Made by a program: the position numbers and the translations under genes. Below are positions 1 through 10,410 of a stretch of DNA of 64,000 nucleotides, piece by piece; the first letter of the stretch is position 1; the number at the start of each line of letters is the position of its first letter. This stretch comes from Corallochytrium limacisporum Hawaii (taxonomy: Eukaryota; Protista; Pluriformea). The stretch is taken from contig PDIP01000073.1 in the NCBI GenBank assembly GCA_002811645.1, forward strand, positions 40,304 to 104,303. The letters are read 5' to 3'. The notes beneath the pieces were generated by a model that saw only the letters and a program-made list of their open reading frames with translations, was not told the origin of the DNA and searched no databases.

Positions 1-266
1 CGCTCGCTGCCAAATCAATCGTCGGGTCCTGGTATAACTCCAGGGTGAACGTGGTTGAGCCGCCTTCAAAATCTCTGAGCTCCCGGCTCCCGTATCTTTC
101 CTAGTTAGTGCTCTGGCATATTTTCATTCTTATATAATTTTATTGTTGTTCTGTTTCCGTTGTGAGTTCCTGATCTTGCGTTTTCGGGTAAAACAGTTTT
201 CCTCGACGGGAGAATGTGTGTTTCCCATAGTTGTCCTGTGCGAAGAGAGAGACAGAGAGAGTTGGG

Positions 267-284
267 GTGTGTGTGTGTGTGTGT
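267..284. repeat. (GT)9 microsatellite
   Basis: Perfect dinucleotide run read directly. Confidence 0.9.
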
Positions 285-460
285 AGTGTGTTGTCGTCGT
301 GTGCAGCAAGTCATTACTATGCACAGTTGCAGATGATCTCCGGAACCCCGTGTGTCCGGCTCATGACGCGACATTTTTATCGCGCAGGGTGAAGAGAGGA
401 GGTTCAGGGGCCGGCTGAATTCCCTCTCCCACTCACTGCCTGGCCCCGTCCCTCCAGATT

Positions 461-493
461 CCAATCACGAACCATTGATTTCAAATTTCGCCA
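461..493 (-). promoter_or_regulatory. CCAAT box plus E2F/CHR-like tandem element
   Basis: CCAAT at 461-465. The minus strand at 493-480 reads TGGCGAAA-TTTGAA, resembling E2F/CDE + CHR elements of cell-cycle promoters. The target gene is probably left of the window. Confidence 0.35.
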
Positions 494-525
494 GTAATAT
501 ATATACTATTTTTTTGCCTCGAGAC

Positions 526-651
526 AATTGAGTAGCTTAGGGGTAGAGCATTGCACTCGTAGTGGATCAGTCAGCGGCCCTTCCATCTTCGGAGGAGGGT
601 CGCTTGATTCAGGACATGCAAAGGTCGTGGGTTCGATTCCCATCTCAGCCT
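526..651 (+). tRNA. tRNA-Thr(CGT) with a 54-nt intron (562-615) and mismatched acceptor positions 1-3
   Basis: D-stem GCTT/GAGC (535-538/546-549). Anticodon stem TTGCA/TGCAA (551-555/617-621) with loop CT-CGT-A^A and an intron at 37/38. Variable loop AGGTC. T-arm GTGGG-TTCGATT-CCCAT. 3' acceptor strand CTCAGCC-T. TA-rich element at about 496-505. Confidence 0.9.
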
Positions 652-672
652 GGTCGCTCAGGCCAAGTTCAC

Positions 673-682
673 TTTTTTTTTT
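673..682 (+). terminator. Pol III terminator (T10) of the tRNA gene
   Basis: T run starting 22 nt after the discriminator base. Confidence 0.75.
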
Positions 683-1139
683 CTCCATTTTTTTTTTGGG
701 ACAATATTTCCCCTCGTTTTTTTCGTCCTTTTCTTTTTTGTCCAGTTATTCTCTATGGTAGTCCCCTGGTCTCTATTCTTAGCACGGGCAGGGCGAAACG
801 TGCCGGTCCGCCCGCCCGACCAGCCAGCCATCCGAAATGACCCGCGCGGCTGGGCGGGAGCTACGTGGAGCGTGGCGTGCAGAGAAGTGTCCTGCGTCGC
901 CGCCTGAGACAGCCTCTCGGTTTAAAATTTCGTTGTGGTGACGTGTCCTTGTTAACATGAACTCCGATCAGGTATAAATCTAGAATATGTGGACAACCAT
1001 ATGGTTGTATGGCAAACGTGCTCGCATGTAACCTTGCATCGGTTTAGAAAGCGGACGTTGACCCCAGGAGAGCATGGTTCCATCGCGAAGACATTGTATG
1101 AATACATAATTCAAAGACATAGCTACACATTAGTGAAAC

Positions 1140-2237
1140 ATGGCCAATCAAAAGCAAAGGTTGGCCTTTGAACTGCTGGCCTTTGCCATTTCGCAGGCAG
1201 CCCTCTACTTTGGCATTCGGTACATTATGGACAGCATGGACCCTCAGAAGGACAAGAAGCAGGCGAGTAAGCAAAAGGGCCAAGACATTTTGAAGCGCAT
1301 CGGACGGCCAGATGTACGGTTGGATGAGTACGAGTATATGGTTGCTTCTAACATCATTGATACAAGTTCAGATATCGACACGGACTGGAGTGATATTGGT
1401 GGTCTTGATAGTGTGATTCAGAGCCTGAAGGAGTCAGTTGTGTTTCCGTTCAGTCGACCTGACATTTTTAAGGGCCACAGCAAGCTCCTACAACCACCAA
1501 AGGGTATTCTCCTGTACGGTCCCCCGGGGTGTGGAAAGACCATGTTGGCAAAAGCCGTCGCCAAGGCAAGTCATTGCGTCTTCATAAATGTGCAGATGAA
1601 TTCGCTGACTGACAAGTGGTTCGGAGAAAGCCAGAAGCTGGTGTCTGCGCTCTTCTCCCTGGCCCGCAAGCTGCAGCCCGCCATTATCTTCTTAGATGAG
1701 GCTGACGCTCTACTGAGGAACCGTGCAAGTAACGATCACGAGGCTACAGCGATGATGAAAGCTATTTTTATGTCGCAGTGGGACGGTTTAACGACGGACC
1801 CAGACTGCCGTGTAATTGTCATGGGTGCCACAAACCGCCCCTATGATGTTGACAAGGCGTTCCTGCGACGTATGCCCCAGACCTTCAAGGTTAGCCTGCC
1901 AAACACTCAGCAACGTGAAGCAATTCTGCGCGTTCTGCTGAAGAGCGAGCCCATTGATGACACTGTCAATCTACAGCGCCTCGCTGAGCAAACCGAACGG
2001 TACTCTGGCTCTGCGCTTTCCGAATTGTGTAGAAACGCAGCAATGTACGTTGTACGGGAGTACATGGCCAGGGAGGGTAGCATGGATCCGCCGGAACTGG
2101 TGGATGGGACCAACACTGCCACGGGACTGCGTCCTCTCAGTATGAAGGACTTCGAGGCCTGCCTCCAAACTCCCCTGCACAATGGCAAGTCCTATGAAGT
2201 CAAAATCCCCTCCATGCCGGCCGACGACTTGGATTAA
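1140..2237 (+). CDS. ATAD1: AAA+ ATPase ATAD1/Msp1 (mitochondrial/peroxisomal membrane-protein extractase)
   Basis: N-terminal TM anchor, DWSDIGGL, Walker A GPPGCGKT, pore loop KWFGES, Walker B IIFLDEAD, HEATAMMKAIFMSQWDGL, ATNRP, C-terminal DDLD. Confidence 0.93.
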   Translation: MANQKQRLAFELLAFAISQAALYFGIRYIMDSMDPQKDKKQASKQKGQDILKRIGRPDVRLDEYEYMVASNIIDTSSDIDTDWSDIGGLDSVIQSLKESVVFPFSRPDIFKGHSKLLQPPKGILLYGPPGCGKTMLAKAVAKASHCVFINVQMNSLTDKWFGESQKLVSALFSLARKLQPAIIFLDEADALLRNRASNDHEATAMMKAIFMSQWDGLTTDPDCRVIVMGATNRPYDVDKAFLRRMPQTFKVSLPNTQQREAILRVLLKSEPIDDTVNLQRLAEQTERYSGSALSELCRNAAMYVVREYMAREGSMDPPELVDGTNTATGLRPLSMKDFEACLQTPLHNGKSYEVKIPSMPADDLD

Positions 2238-2494
2238 GAAGAAGTGTTTTCACGGCTCTTGATGTTCATTCAAAAACAAATTCTGTCGATTGTCATGTAC
2301 CATCACTGCCCAACATTTTCTCATACAGCATAAACATGTAAAGAAACATCACTGTTATAGTCTGAAAATGAAGCTGACGATTTGTTTGTATTTCGTGTAA
2401 TGAAAAGTTCATGCGGTGTGCTCTTTGTGCTATAACGAGGTTTTTGTATGCCTGTGAAGATTCACAGATCAAAGAAGTTTGTCTTTAAATTAGT

Positions 2495-4357
2495 TTACAT
2501 GGACTGCTCCTCGAGCTGGCGGAAGCTTGCACTGACCTTCTCGTTAAGGGCCTTGTACTTCTTGATCAGGGCCTCCTTACCGTCGGAAGGCTCCTCAAAC
2601 TTCATGCTGACCAGTTCGTAGATCAGATCACCCAAGTTCTCCTTGATGACATTCCAGGTAATCTTGGTGTCCTGGTGAGCAGTGGACTCAATGACCTGCA
2701 GAGCCTTCTCGTGGAAGAGAGCAATATTGCGCATCATCCAGGTGGTCTTGTACAGGGGACAGAACTGATCGTAGGTGCTGAAACCATTCTGCTGCAGGAA
2801 ATCGTCCTTGATCAGACCAGCCACTTCCAGGTGGACCTTGTCAGTCTCAGCCAGAGAGGACTTACCGACCAGCTGCACAATTTCAGACAGATCTTCTTCG
2901 ATCTGCAGAATCTCGCGGAAGGTCTGGCGCAGACGCACAAACTCTGGCTCAAAGTCTTCGTAGAACTTGGACAAGGCCTTCTCGTAGTTGGAGTAGGAGA
3001 TGTTCCAGTTCACGGACGGGAAATGCTTGCGCTGGGCCAGCTTCTTGTCCAGACCCCAGAACACCTGCACAATACCCAAAGTGGACTGGGTGACGGGATC
3101 GGAGAAGTCACCACCCGGCGGGGACACGGCACCGACAATGGAGACGGACCCTTGACGGTCCGGAGAACCGAGGCAGGTCACCTTACCAGCACGCTCGTAG
3201 AAGGAAGCGAGACGGGCAGCCAGATAGGCAGGGTAACCGGAATCAGCAGGCATCTCAGCAAGACGACCGGAAATTTCACGCAGAGCTTCGGCCCAGCGGG
3301 AGGTGGAATCAGCCATCATGGCAACGTTGTAACCCATGTCGCGCATGTACTCGGAAAGAGTAATACCAGTGTAAATAGAAGCCTCACGGGCAGCTACAGG
3401 CATATTGGAGGTGTTGGCCACCAGCGTAGTGCGCTTCATAATAGATTCCTTGCTGCCATCGGGCAGGTCCATCTCGAGTTCAGGGAACTCGGCCAATACT
3501 TCGGACATTTCGTTACCACGCTCACCGCACCCGACGTAAATGATAACATCGGAATTAGAGAATTTGGACAGGGCCTGACTGATGACAGTCTTGCCACAGC
3601 CGAAGGCACCGGGGATGGCAGTGGTGCCACCCTGCACACAAGGGAAAAGAGCATCCAGCACACGCTGGCCCGTAATCAGCGGATAGTCGGCGACCATCTG
3701 ACGAGCGACCGGGCGCGGGGAACGGACGGGCCAGTTGTGGTACATCTTGAGCTTCTTCTTCTTGCCGTTGAACTCAATCTCCATGACATCATCCTTCAGA
3801 GTGTACATCCCTTTGGGCGCGAGCCAAGTGACAGTACCCTTGTCACGGGGAGGTACCATGATCTTTTGGGTGATCAGGGCGGATTCCCTAACGGTGCCAA
3901 AAATGTCGCCACCAGTCACCTGGTCTCCTACTTTGACATCGGTAGGCACGAACTCCCATTCCTTATCCTTGTCCAAAGCAGGAGTCTCCACACCGCGGGG
4001 AATATAAATGGAGTCAGTCATGTCACTAATTTTCTGCAGAGGACGCTGAATACCGTCATAAATGTTGTTCATCAAACCGGGACCCAGTTCTACGGACAGG
4101 GGTTTGCCAGTGCGGAACACGGGATCGCCGACACAGATACCTCCAGTCTCCTCGTAGACCTGCAGAGTAGCAGTGTCCTTCTCGAGACGAATAATCTCAG
4201 CGACCAACTTTTCGTGACCGACACGGACCAACTCGTACATAGTAGCACCCTTCATGTTGGTGGCCGTGATAACAGGACCGGAAACAGTGGTGATCTTACC
4301 GACGGCCTTTTCGGAATCGATAGGCGTCTTCTTCGCATTTTCCATCATTCCCGCCAT
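2495..4357 (-). CDS. ATP6V1A: V-type H+-ATPase catalytic subunit A
   Basis: P-loop [42 protein letters not shown]. First ATG is 4357 (the ORF track starts at a TTG). No intein. Confidence 0.98.
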   Translation of the reverse strand: MAGMMENAKKTPIDSEKAVGKITTVSGPVITATNMKGATMYELVRVGHEKLVAEIIRLEKDTATLQVYEETGGICVGDPVFRTGKPLSVELGPGLMNNIYDGIQRPLQKISDMTDSIYIPRGVETPALDKDKEWEFVPTDVKVGDQVTGGDIFGTVRESALITQKIMVPPRDKGTVTWLAPKGMYTLKDDVMEIEFNGKKKKLKMYHNWPVRSPRPVARQMVADYPLITGQRVLDALFPCVQGGTTAIPGAFGCGKTVISQALSKFSNSDVIIYVGCGERGNEMSEVLAEFPELEMDLPDGSKESIMKRTTLVANTSNMPVAAREASIYTGITLSEYMRDMGYNVAMMADSTSRWAEALREISGRLAEMPADSGYPAYLAARLASFYERAGKVTCLGSPDRQGSVSIVGAVSPPGGDFSDPVTQSTLGIVQVFWGLDKKLAQRKHFPSVNWNISYSNYEKALSKFYEDFEPEFVRLRQTFREILQIEEDLSEIVQLVGKSSLAETDKVHLEVAGLIKDDFLQQNGFSTYDQFCPLYKTTWMMRNIALFHEKALQVIESTAHQDTKITWNVIKENLGDLIYELVSMKFEEPSDGKEALIKKYKALNEKVSASFRQLEEQSM

Positions 4358-5241
4358 GGTTGCTGTGTTGTTTCGATTCTGTATACAAAGGACAGCGGTT
4401 TTACACAACCCCCGTCTACCCGACTATAAGAATCCAATTGATCTCAACGATGGTGTAACTGGTCGGAAACCATCATCTGTATGATACGGTGCTTGATCGA
4501 CTCTTGTACCTATAGAATGGATCAGATCATAGTGCTTATTTCAGAGTCCCATTGCCATCAAGTGTCAACGCCTATGGGCGACTACCAGAAACACGTTCCA
4601 ATCGGTTGTGCGCAAGGGGATGTCATGAAGCTCTACTCGAAACAAGTGGATCAGAGGTTTCCACCATACCCAAACACGCTTCAGCCACCAGTCAACAAAG
4701 TACACCCCAGAGCTGAGTTGGCACTGTGATCTATGTGTTGTGTTTTCACTTTCAATTCCCTCAGAGGGTGTGTGTGTCTAACTAACACGTTCATGTGCAC
4801 CAGCACCGAAAGGTGATCTATGTTTTCAAACGCCAAGCTGAGAACCCGGAGGCCGACACTTGAGAGAGGGACACATTCAACTGTGGGTCAGAACCCCACC
4901 TGGGACCGGTGCGTCATCAACGGCAGAACTCTGCCCCTGTGTTACGCCTTTGTCATTTCGGAAAGCTCACACTCCCAGTCCACTCTCCCCCCCCCCCGCG
5001 GGGCAAACAGCAACCAAAATAAAGCAAAAAAAAAAGGGAGCCGGGGGGGGGGCCAAAGCGAGGTAAAATTGCTCAAAAGAAAACCTCTTCTTTTCCCATG
5101 GCCCGTACAGAGACGGCTTGACAGGAAGACCGTTGGGGCACACACACTCACACAGCCCATTAAACCAGCCACCACCACCACGACCACCGCTGGCTGGCTG
5201 TTGGCTTAATATCCAAGTCAACACTGTCTCGTTCCTCCTTG

Positions 5242-5260
5242 CACACACACACACACACAC
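5242..5260. repeat. (CA)n microsatellite
   Basis: Perfect dinucleotide run. Confidence 0.9.
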
Positions 5261-6313
5261 TTCCGATGGCGAGTCACATACACCAGTGCCAGCCAGTGCT
5301 TGCGGGGCCCGTGATACACCACCCCTCCCTACTCTCAACGAATGAGTCAACCCAAAGGGGCCCCTCTGGCACAGGTGTGTAAGGCCGGAGCACCAAAAAC
5401 ATAATATAAGTCAAAACGGGCGGGTGATTGAGTTTGCCCCCCTCCCTACCTCCCTCCCTTCGTCCCGACTTCCCACAGTCAGACCATTCCCGGTTTTCTT
5501 TACCTATTTTTGTTTTTTTTTCTTTCTTTGGTGTTTGTAAAACTTGCCGGTGGGCTCTGTTGTTGTTGTTTTGACTTCCCTATTGCCCCGGTTCTCACTC
5601 AAACGGCACCTGGTACGGGATCTCACGACTCCCGTTGCCTTTGTGTGAATGGGCACACACACACACACGCAGGGAGGAGGGGGAGGGGGGCAGCAGCCTT
5701 TGGGGAAGACCCGGAAGCCTTTCCACTGAAGGTGGGGATTCCAATAAATAACAAAGAAAACAACAAAAAAGAGAAATGAAAGGAAAATTGGAGAAGGACC
5801 CAGGACACCGGGAGTGGGGGAGGGAGGGACCACGGGACCCAGGCAAACAAAATAAAAAGAAGGAACCAAAGTTGAAAATGAAAATAAGAATAAAAGACAG
5901 GGACTCTCCCAGTTGGGGTAGAGTAGTCCAGATCAGATCGCTCGTGTATCACCCAAAAGCAGACGGAGCCTTCTTGCCGATAGATACGATGGGAGAGGGG
6001 CCCGCCGAGTTTACTGATTTGGGCAGGAAAAAAGGGAAGGGAGGGGGGGGGTTGGTTCGTGAGGGCCAGGTATATTTTACTATGACGGTCAAGTGCCCGG
6101 TGATTTTCCAGGAGAGCCAAAAAGTGTTTGTTATGGCCCCCCCCCGGGGGGTTTTTGTGGCGCAGAAGGAAATAACGGAAGACCTCGTTCAATGAATTCA
6201 GCCACCGCGGACGCAGTGCCCGGATGCGATGCAAGACCGAGAGCCGGTCTCTGATGGGCGGGATTGGAGTGGGCAGATGTAGTAAGATGTCTATGTCCTT
6301 TACTATGGTTTGG

Positions 6314-7249
6314 TTATAACAGGTCTTCAAGCCACTGTTTCATGTAGATGCAGGTGCGTGGATTGACCAGACCGTCCGGAGAGCAGTCCTTGGCAACTGG
6401 ACAGACCCCACAGGGCACGCTTAGGGTGCTATCCACCGGGTGTGTGGTGGCGTGGAACCTGTAGAGCCGTGTTGTGTCCGCACCGCGCGCCGCTTGTATG
6501 CGCAGTGGATGGCTAGGCGGACAACCCGTTGGAATACCACTCACAATCATGGCCCGACGATCGTATACCAGTGTATCCAAAATGCTGCGCACATCGTCAT
6601 TTGACAAAGGCACTGTTGAGATACCAATTTGCGCTATGCGGTCCTTAACTTCGTCAATAGTGCACAGACAGTCTAACAGTTCGCCAAAGACATCACCCGT
6701 CTTCGCTTCTTGGGACCGCTCCTTCAAGTATTCGGCCACTGTGTCCTGCAGAATGGCAACAAATTCGCTCTCGAATTCCTGATCCGAGTACCACGTTCCA
6801 CCGGTAAGCGAGCGATCGGGGGTAAGCTCGTACAGCATGTACATTTTCTTTTTCGAACTGACCGCGTTCACAGCTTTAACCAGTTTCTTCGATTCCAACA
6901 GCTTTAGGGCCTTATTCATTTGCGTACGCTGCATGTTGGCTTGGCGCATGAGATCACGGGTCCACACACCCTGTGTGCCATGCTGCTGAATGATCTGATA
7001 CAAGAGGCGCTCTTCATGACCCAGTTCATCGAGTCGACGGTCTTCCGCAGTTCTAAGTTGATATGCCACAAATTTACTGTTGGGAATCTTTGTGAGTTTG
7101 ATTTCTCCCTTATTCAGTAAACTGTTTAGTGCTTCTGCCCTCTCTGTCTGCGAAAAGTCCTTCAGGTGGACAGCCAGGTCCTCGTTGGTGATCTTTCCAT
7201 TGGCTGCCTGCCTCATGGAGGCCAGCAGAATTTGTTCTGCGTCCCCCAT
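6314..7249 (-). CDS. POLR3F: RNA polymerase III subunit RPC6/RPC34
   Basis: Winged-helix region (GVWTRDL...LESKKLVKAV), YMLYELTPDRSLTGGTWYSDQEFESEFV, and C-terminal Fe-S motif PCGVCPVAKDC...CIYMKQWL. Confidence 0.95.
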   Translation of the reverse strand: MGDAEQILLASMRQAANGKITNEDLAVHLKDFSQTERAEALNSLLNKGEIKLTKIPNSKFVAYQLRTAEDRRLDELGHEERLLYQIIQQHGTQGVWTRDLMRQANMQRTQMNKALKLLESKKLVKAVNAVSSKKKMYMLYELTPDRSLTGGTWYSDQEFESEFVAILQDTVAEYLKERSQEAKTGDVFGELLDCLCTIDEVKDRIAQIGISTVPLSNDDVRSILDTLVYDRRAMIVSGIPTGCPPSHPLRIQAARGADTTRLYRFHATTHPVDSTLSVPCGVCPVAKDCSPDGLVNPRTCIYMKQWLEDLL

Positions 7250-8437
7250 GACTGCGTGAATCCGTAACTTTGTGTTTCAAACGATAACCACAATGTGGTC
7301 ACGGTATCTTACATGACCAAGCTTGCTTCTACGACGTCTGACTTCGCCATAGTTTGTCGAGTGGCTCTCGCTCAGATCCTCCGGTCGAACATGTGATTTC
7401 TTTTGCATAGGCAACATGCGGTTTCTCACTCTAGTCAATGCAATTCCACAAATTTATGTACCATTTGAAGAGAAAGCGTATAAATATGATGTATTCTAAA
7501 GTCAAAAGGTTGGCAGACGCCTGCAGGACCAGTTGCCTAATCGGCCCGCTTCAGAAGACAAACAGCCAGCAGCGCATAGGGATGCAGCACCGGGGAGACC
7601 CGCCTTGTGGGCCCCCTCCCTCTCCCGCCCCACGAGGCTGGAAAACTAGGAGAAAAATGGGCGCCCTTCCAGCACAGGATGTAATTGCCTGCAGCAGCGA
7701 GATCCGTGCTCCCATAGAATGATCGGGAAACCGAAAACAGGAGCATCGTGGCATTCATAGAGATGTAGATGGATGCTTGTGGACCATAACACACTGCAAA
7801 CTCAGCAGCAGCCAGACCGATCGGAAGAGGAACCTAGCATGGAGCGCAAGAATATTAGTTTCTAGAAAGTGATGATAAGGTGAGAAGGAAGATGGGGCGA
7901 GAAGAAATGAGTGAGAGTAAGATATTCACAGATAATCTGGGGATATACCCCCCCAATAGTACGACATGCTGCATGGAGATATTGCTTCCGCCGAGTGGAG
8001 ATGGGATTGGGGCACACACACACTATACCGTGCACATTGTTCTCTGGCATGGGTCTGGGATTCCACACCGGAGTTTACTTAGGCCGGATCTTGATTCTTA
8101 AGGAAAAAGCTTCCTGGTTTTCACACAAACACCTAAGGCGTCCTGAAATAGTCGCATGAGGTCAAAATTAAGAACGAAATCTAAGTTGACGTCCCTTGTT
8201 GCGCACACACGCCCGCGCTTGCTAAGCTTCTAAGGCCCCTGGAGCAGCTGCCGGCCACCGCCCCCCCCCCAGCCCAGCGGCGGGAGCGGGCCAGCCGCGA
8301 CTGTGGAAGTATTGCCCGGTCTTGGCTCCAGCAGCCACGGGGACCAACGCCGCTTGTGGTGGAGGGGGGGGGCCGGGAACGGAGCGAGCGAGCCGTCCCC
8401 TACCCGGGCGGGGAAGGTGGGCGGTGAGACCTTTGGG

Positions 8438-8777
8438 NNNNNNNNNNNNNNNNNNNNNNNNNNNNNNNNNNNNNNNNNNNNNNNNNNNNNNNNNNNNNNN
8501 NNNNNNNNNNNNNNNNNNNNNNNNNNNNNNNNNNNNNNNNNNNNNNNNNNNNNNNNNNNNNNNNNNNNNNNNNNNNNNNNNNNNNNNNNNNNNNNNNNNN
8601 NNNNNNNNNNNNNNNNNNNNNNNNNNNNNNNNNNNNNNNNNNNNNNNNNNNNNNNNNNNNNNNNNNNNNNNNNNNNNNNNNNNNNNNNNNNNNNNNNNNN
8701 NNNNNNNNNNNNNNNNNNNNNNNNNNNNNNNNNNNNNNNNNNNNNNNNNNNNNNNNNNNNNNNNNNNNNNNNNNNNN
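8438..8777. other. Assembly gap (340 N)
   Basis: N run. Confidence 1.
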
Positions 8778-9697
8778 CCCCCAAACTCTCCCCGGGGAGA
8801 GCCTTGGGTGAAGCACCGCAGGCAAAGAACGAGTGGCTTTTTTGTCACATCCCTAGAAAATGTACGGACGTACGTACTGGGTCTACACCTCCACCCGTCC
8901 TTTTCCCCTCCCCCCTCTCTTCCGAAGCCCTCCCTCTCTCTGTTCACCCTGTCCCCCCCCCCCCCCGCTGTCGCAGAACGCCAAAACTTCCCGGTGGCGG
9001 CTACTGCGGCGAGTTTTTTTTTTTCGTCTTTTTCTTCTCTGTGTGGTGTCCTCTGGTGTTTTGTGGTGTTACTTCTCCTCGCTACGCTGCCGTCTTGTGT
9101 CTCTCCCGTACGCCTCGCTTCCCCAACTTTTGCCAAGGATCTGTCTTTATCCCCTACTGTCCGTCCTTGCTCGCTCCCTTAAATTAGGAGCCGCCAACAA
9201 GGTCCTCATTCTCCGCCATTCTTTTACTATGGCGTGTGGCAAACGGCCGACAGACAACCGTCCTGCTCCGATGCACGAAAGATTTTTTATTTGGAGGGGG
9301 GGGGGAGAGGTTGTCCCCCCGCAGCTCACGGGGGGAGGCTGATGACCTGACTGGGAGTGGATGGCTGATGACGACGATGATGAGGTGGGTTTCTTGGATG
9401 TGCCTGTTTATTTGTTTTGAGATTCGGGAAGTTCTTGGTACCAATGACAGGTGGGAGTAGATTCATTCAATCATCGCGCAGAAATATTCCCAGGTATATC
9501 AGAGCGGTGCTGTCTGCGATGATTTGAGCGATGGTATCGGGAGTGCAAGGCTTTGCAACAAGATCTGTCAGCAAACTTTTTGAGACGTGACCGTGTGATC
9601 ACTGCATTATCGTCCAGGAATTGAAGGGAAGGCGCCAACTTGTGCACATCAAATCGAGACAAGTGATCCTTCAGGTAAGTAACATTCATCGCCCGCA

Positions 9698-10273
9698 ATG
9701 CCAGGGATCGCAGCGAGCGATATCAAGACTGTGGCGCAGTTGATGAACATCAACACCAGCCGGGCTGTCGCTTCGAAGCTGTGCGTGTGGCAGGGAGACA
9801 TCACTAAACTTCAGGTCGATGCCATTGTTAATGCGGCGAACAATAGCCTACGGGGTGGGGGTGGCGTCGATGGAGCCATCCACCGCGCAGCAGGCCCGGA
9901 TCTGTTGAAGGAGTGCGTGACCCTTAACGGCTGTGATACTGGTCATGCCAAGATCACCGGTGCGTACAACTTGCCAGCTCGTTGTGTGATCCATACCGTC
10001 GGACCCGTCGGTGAACAGCCTGAGCTGCTCCAAAGCTGCTATGAAACCTGTCTGAACATTGCGGCTTCACGACAGCTGCACTCCATCGCGTTCCCTTCGA
10101 TCTCCACAGGGGTCTATGGGTACCCAATCCAGGCTGCAACGCGGGTGGCAATCCGGACTGTGATGAGCTGGTTAGAGGAGAACAAGGGAGCGAGCGTTGA
10201 CCAGGTTATCTTCTGCGTGTTTAGCGATCGGGACCGTATGGTGTACGAGGAAGAGATCGAAAGAACTCTCTGA
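9698..10273 (+). CDS. MacroD-type macrodomain ADP-ribose glycohydrolase / O-acetyl-ADP-ribose deacetylase
   Basis: GDIT, VNAANNSLRGGGGVDGAIHRAAG, VIHTVGP, AFPSISTGVYGYP. Confidence 0.95.
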   Translation: MPGIAASDIKTVAQLMNINTSRAVASKLCVWQGDITKLQVDAIVNAANNSLRGGGGVDGAIHRAAGPDLLKECVTLNGCDTGHAKITGAYNLPARCVIHTVGPVGEQPELLQSCYETCLNIAASRQLHSIAFPSISTGVYGYPIQAATRVAIRTVMSWLEENKGASVDQVIFCVFSDRDRMVYEEEIERTL

Positions 10274-10410
10274 AAGGGTCTGGGCCATCTCATCTCCTTG
10301 CATTGGGCATCAAGTTCTCCTCCACTGTTGTTCCATACTTGTATTGTAATGAGTTTTTAATTTAGTTTTATTGTTAGATGATATTATACACATACAAAAT
10401 CAAATTGTCT

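Noticed and set aside
3505-3545. Possible VMA1-type intein at the YVG/CGERGN site
   Set aside because: The site is uninterrupted and the protein has normal length.
2675-4429. 584-aa plus-strand ORF antisense to V-ATPase A
   Set aside because: It mirrors a codon-biased gene that avoids TTA/CTA/TCA, has a non-ATG start and shows no motifs.
5623-6330. 235-aa minus-strand ORF overlapping the POLR3F stop
   Set aside because: TTG start, and it runs through low-complexity homopolymer sequence.
8222-9187. Long ORFs spanning the first N gap (likewise 36176-37536 and 41469-42111)
   Set aside because: Artefacts of translating N runs and GC-rich or microsatellite flanks.
9675-9704. Possible 30-nt intron GTAAGT...CCAG at the macrodomain start
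   Set aside because: The upstream frame closes at 9596 with no ATG, and the ORF from 9698 already encodes a complete domain.
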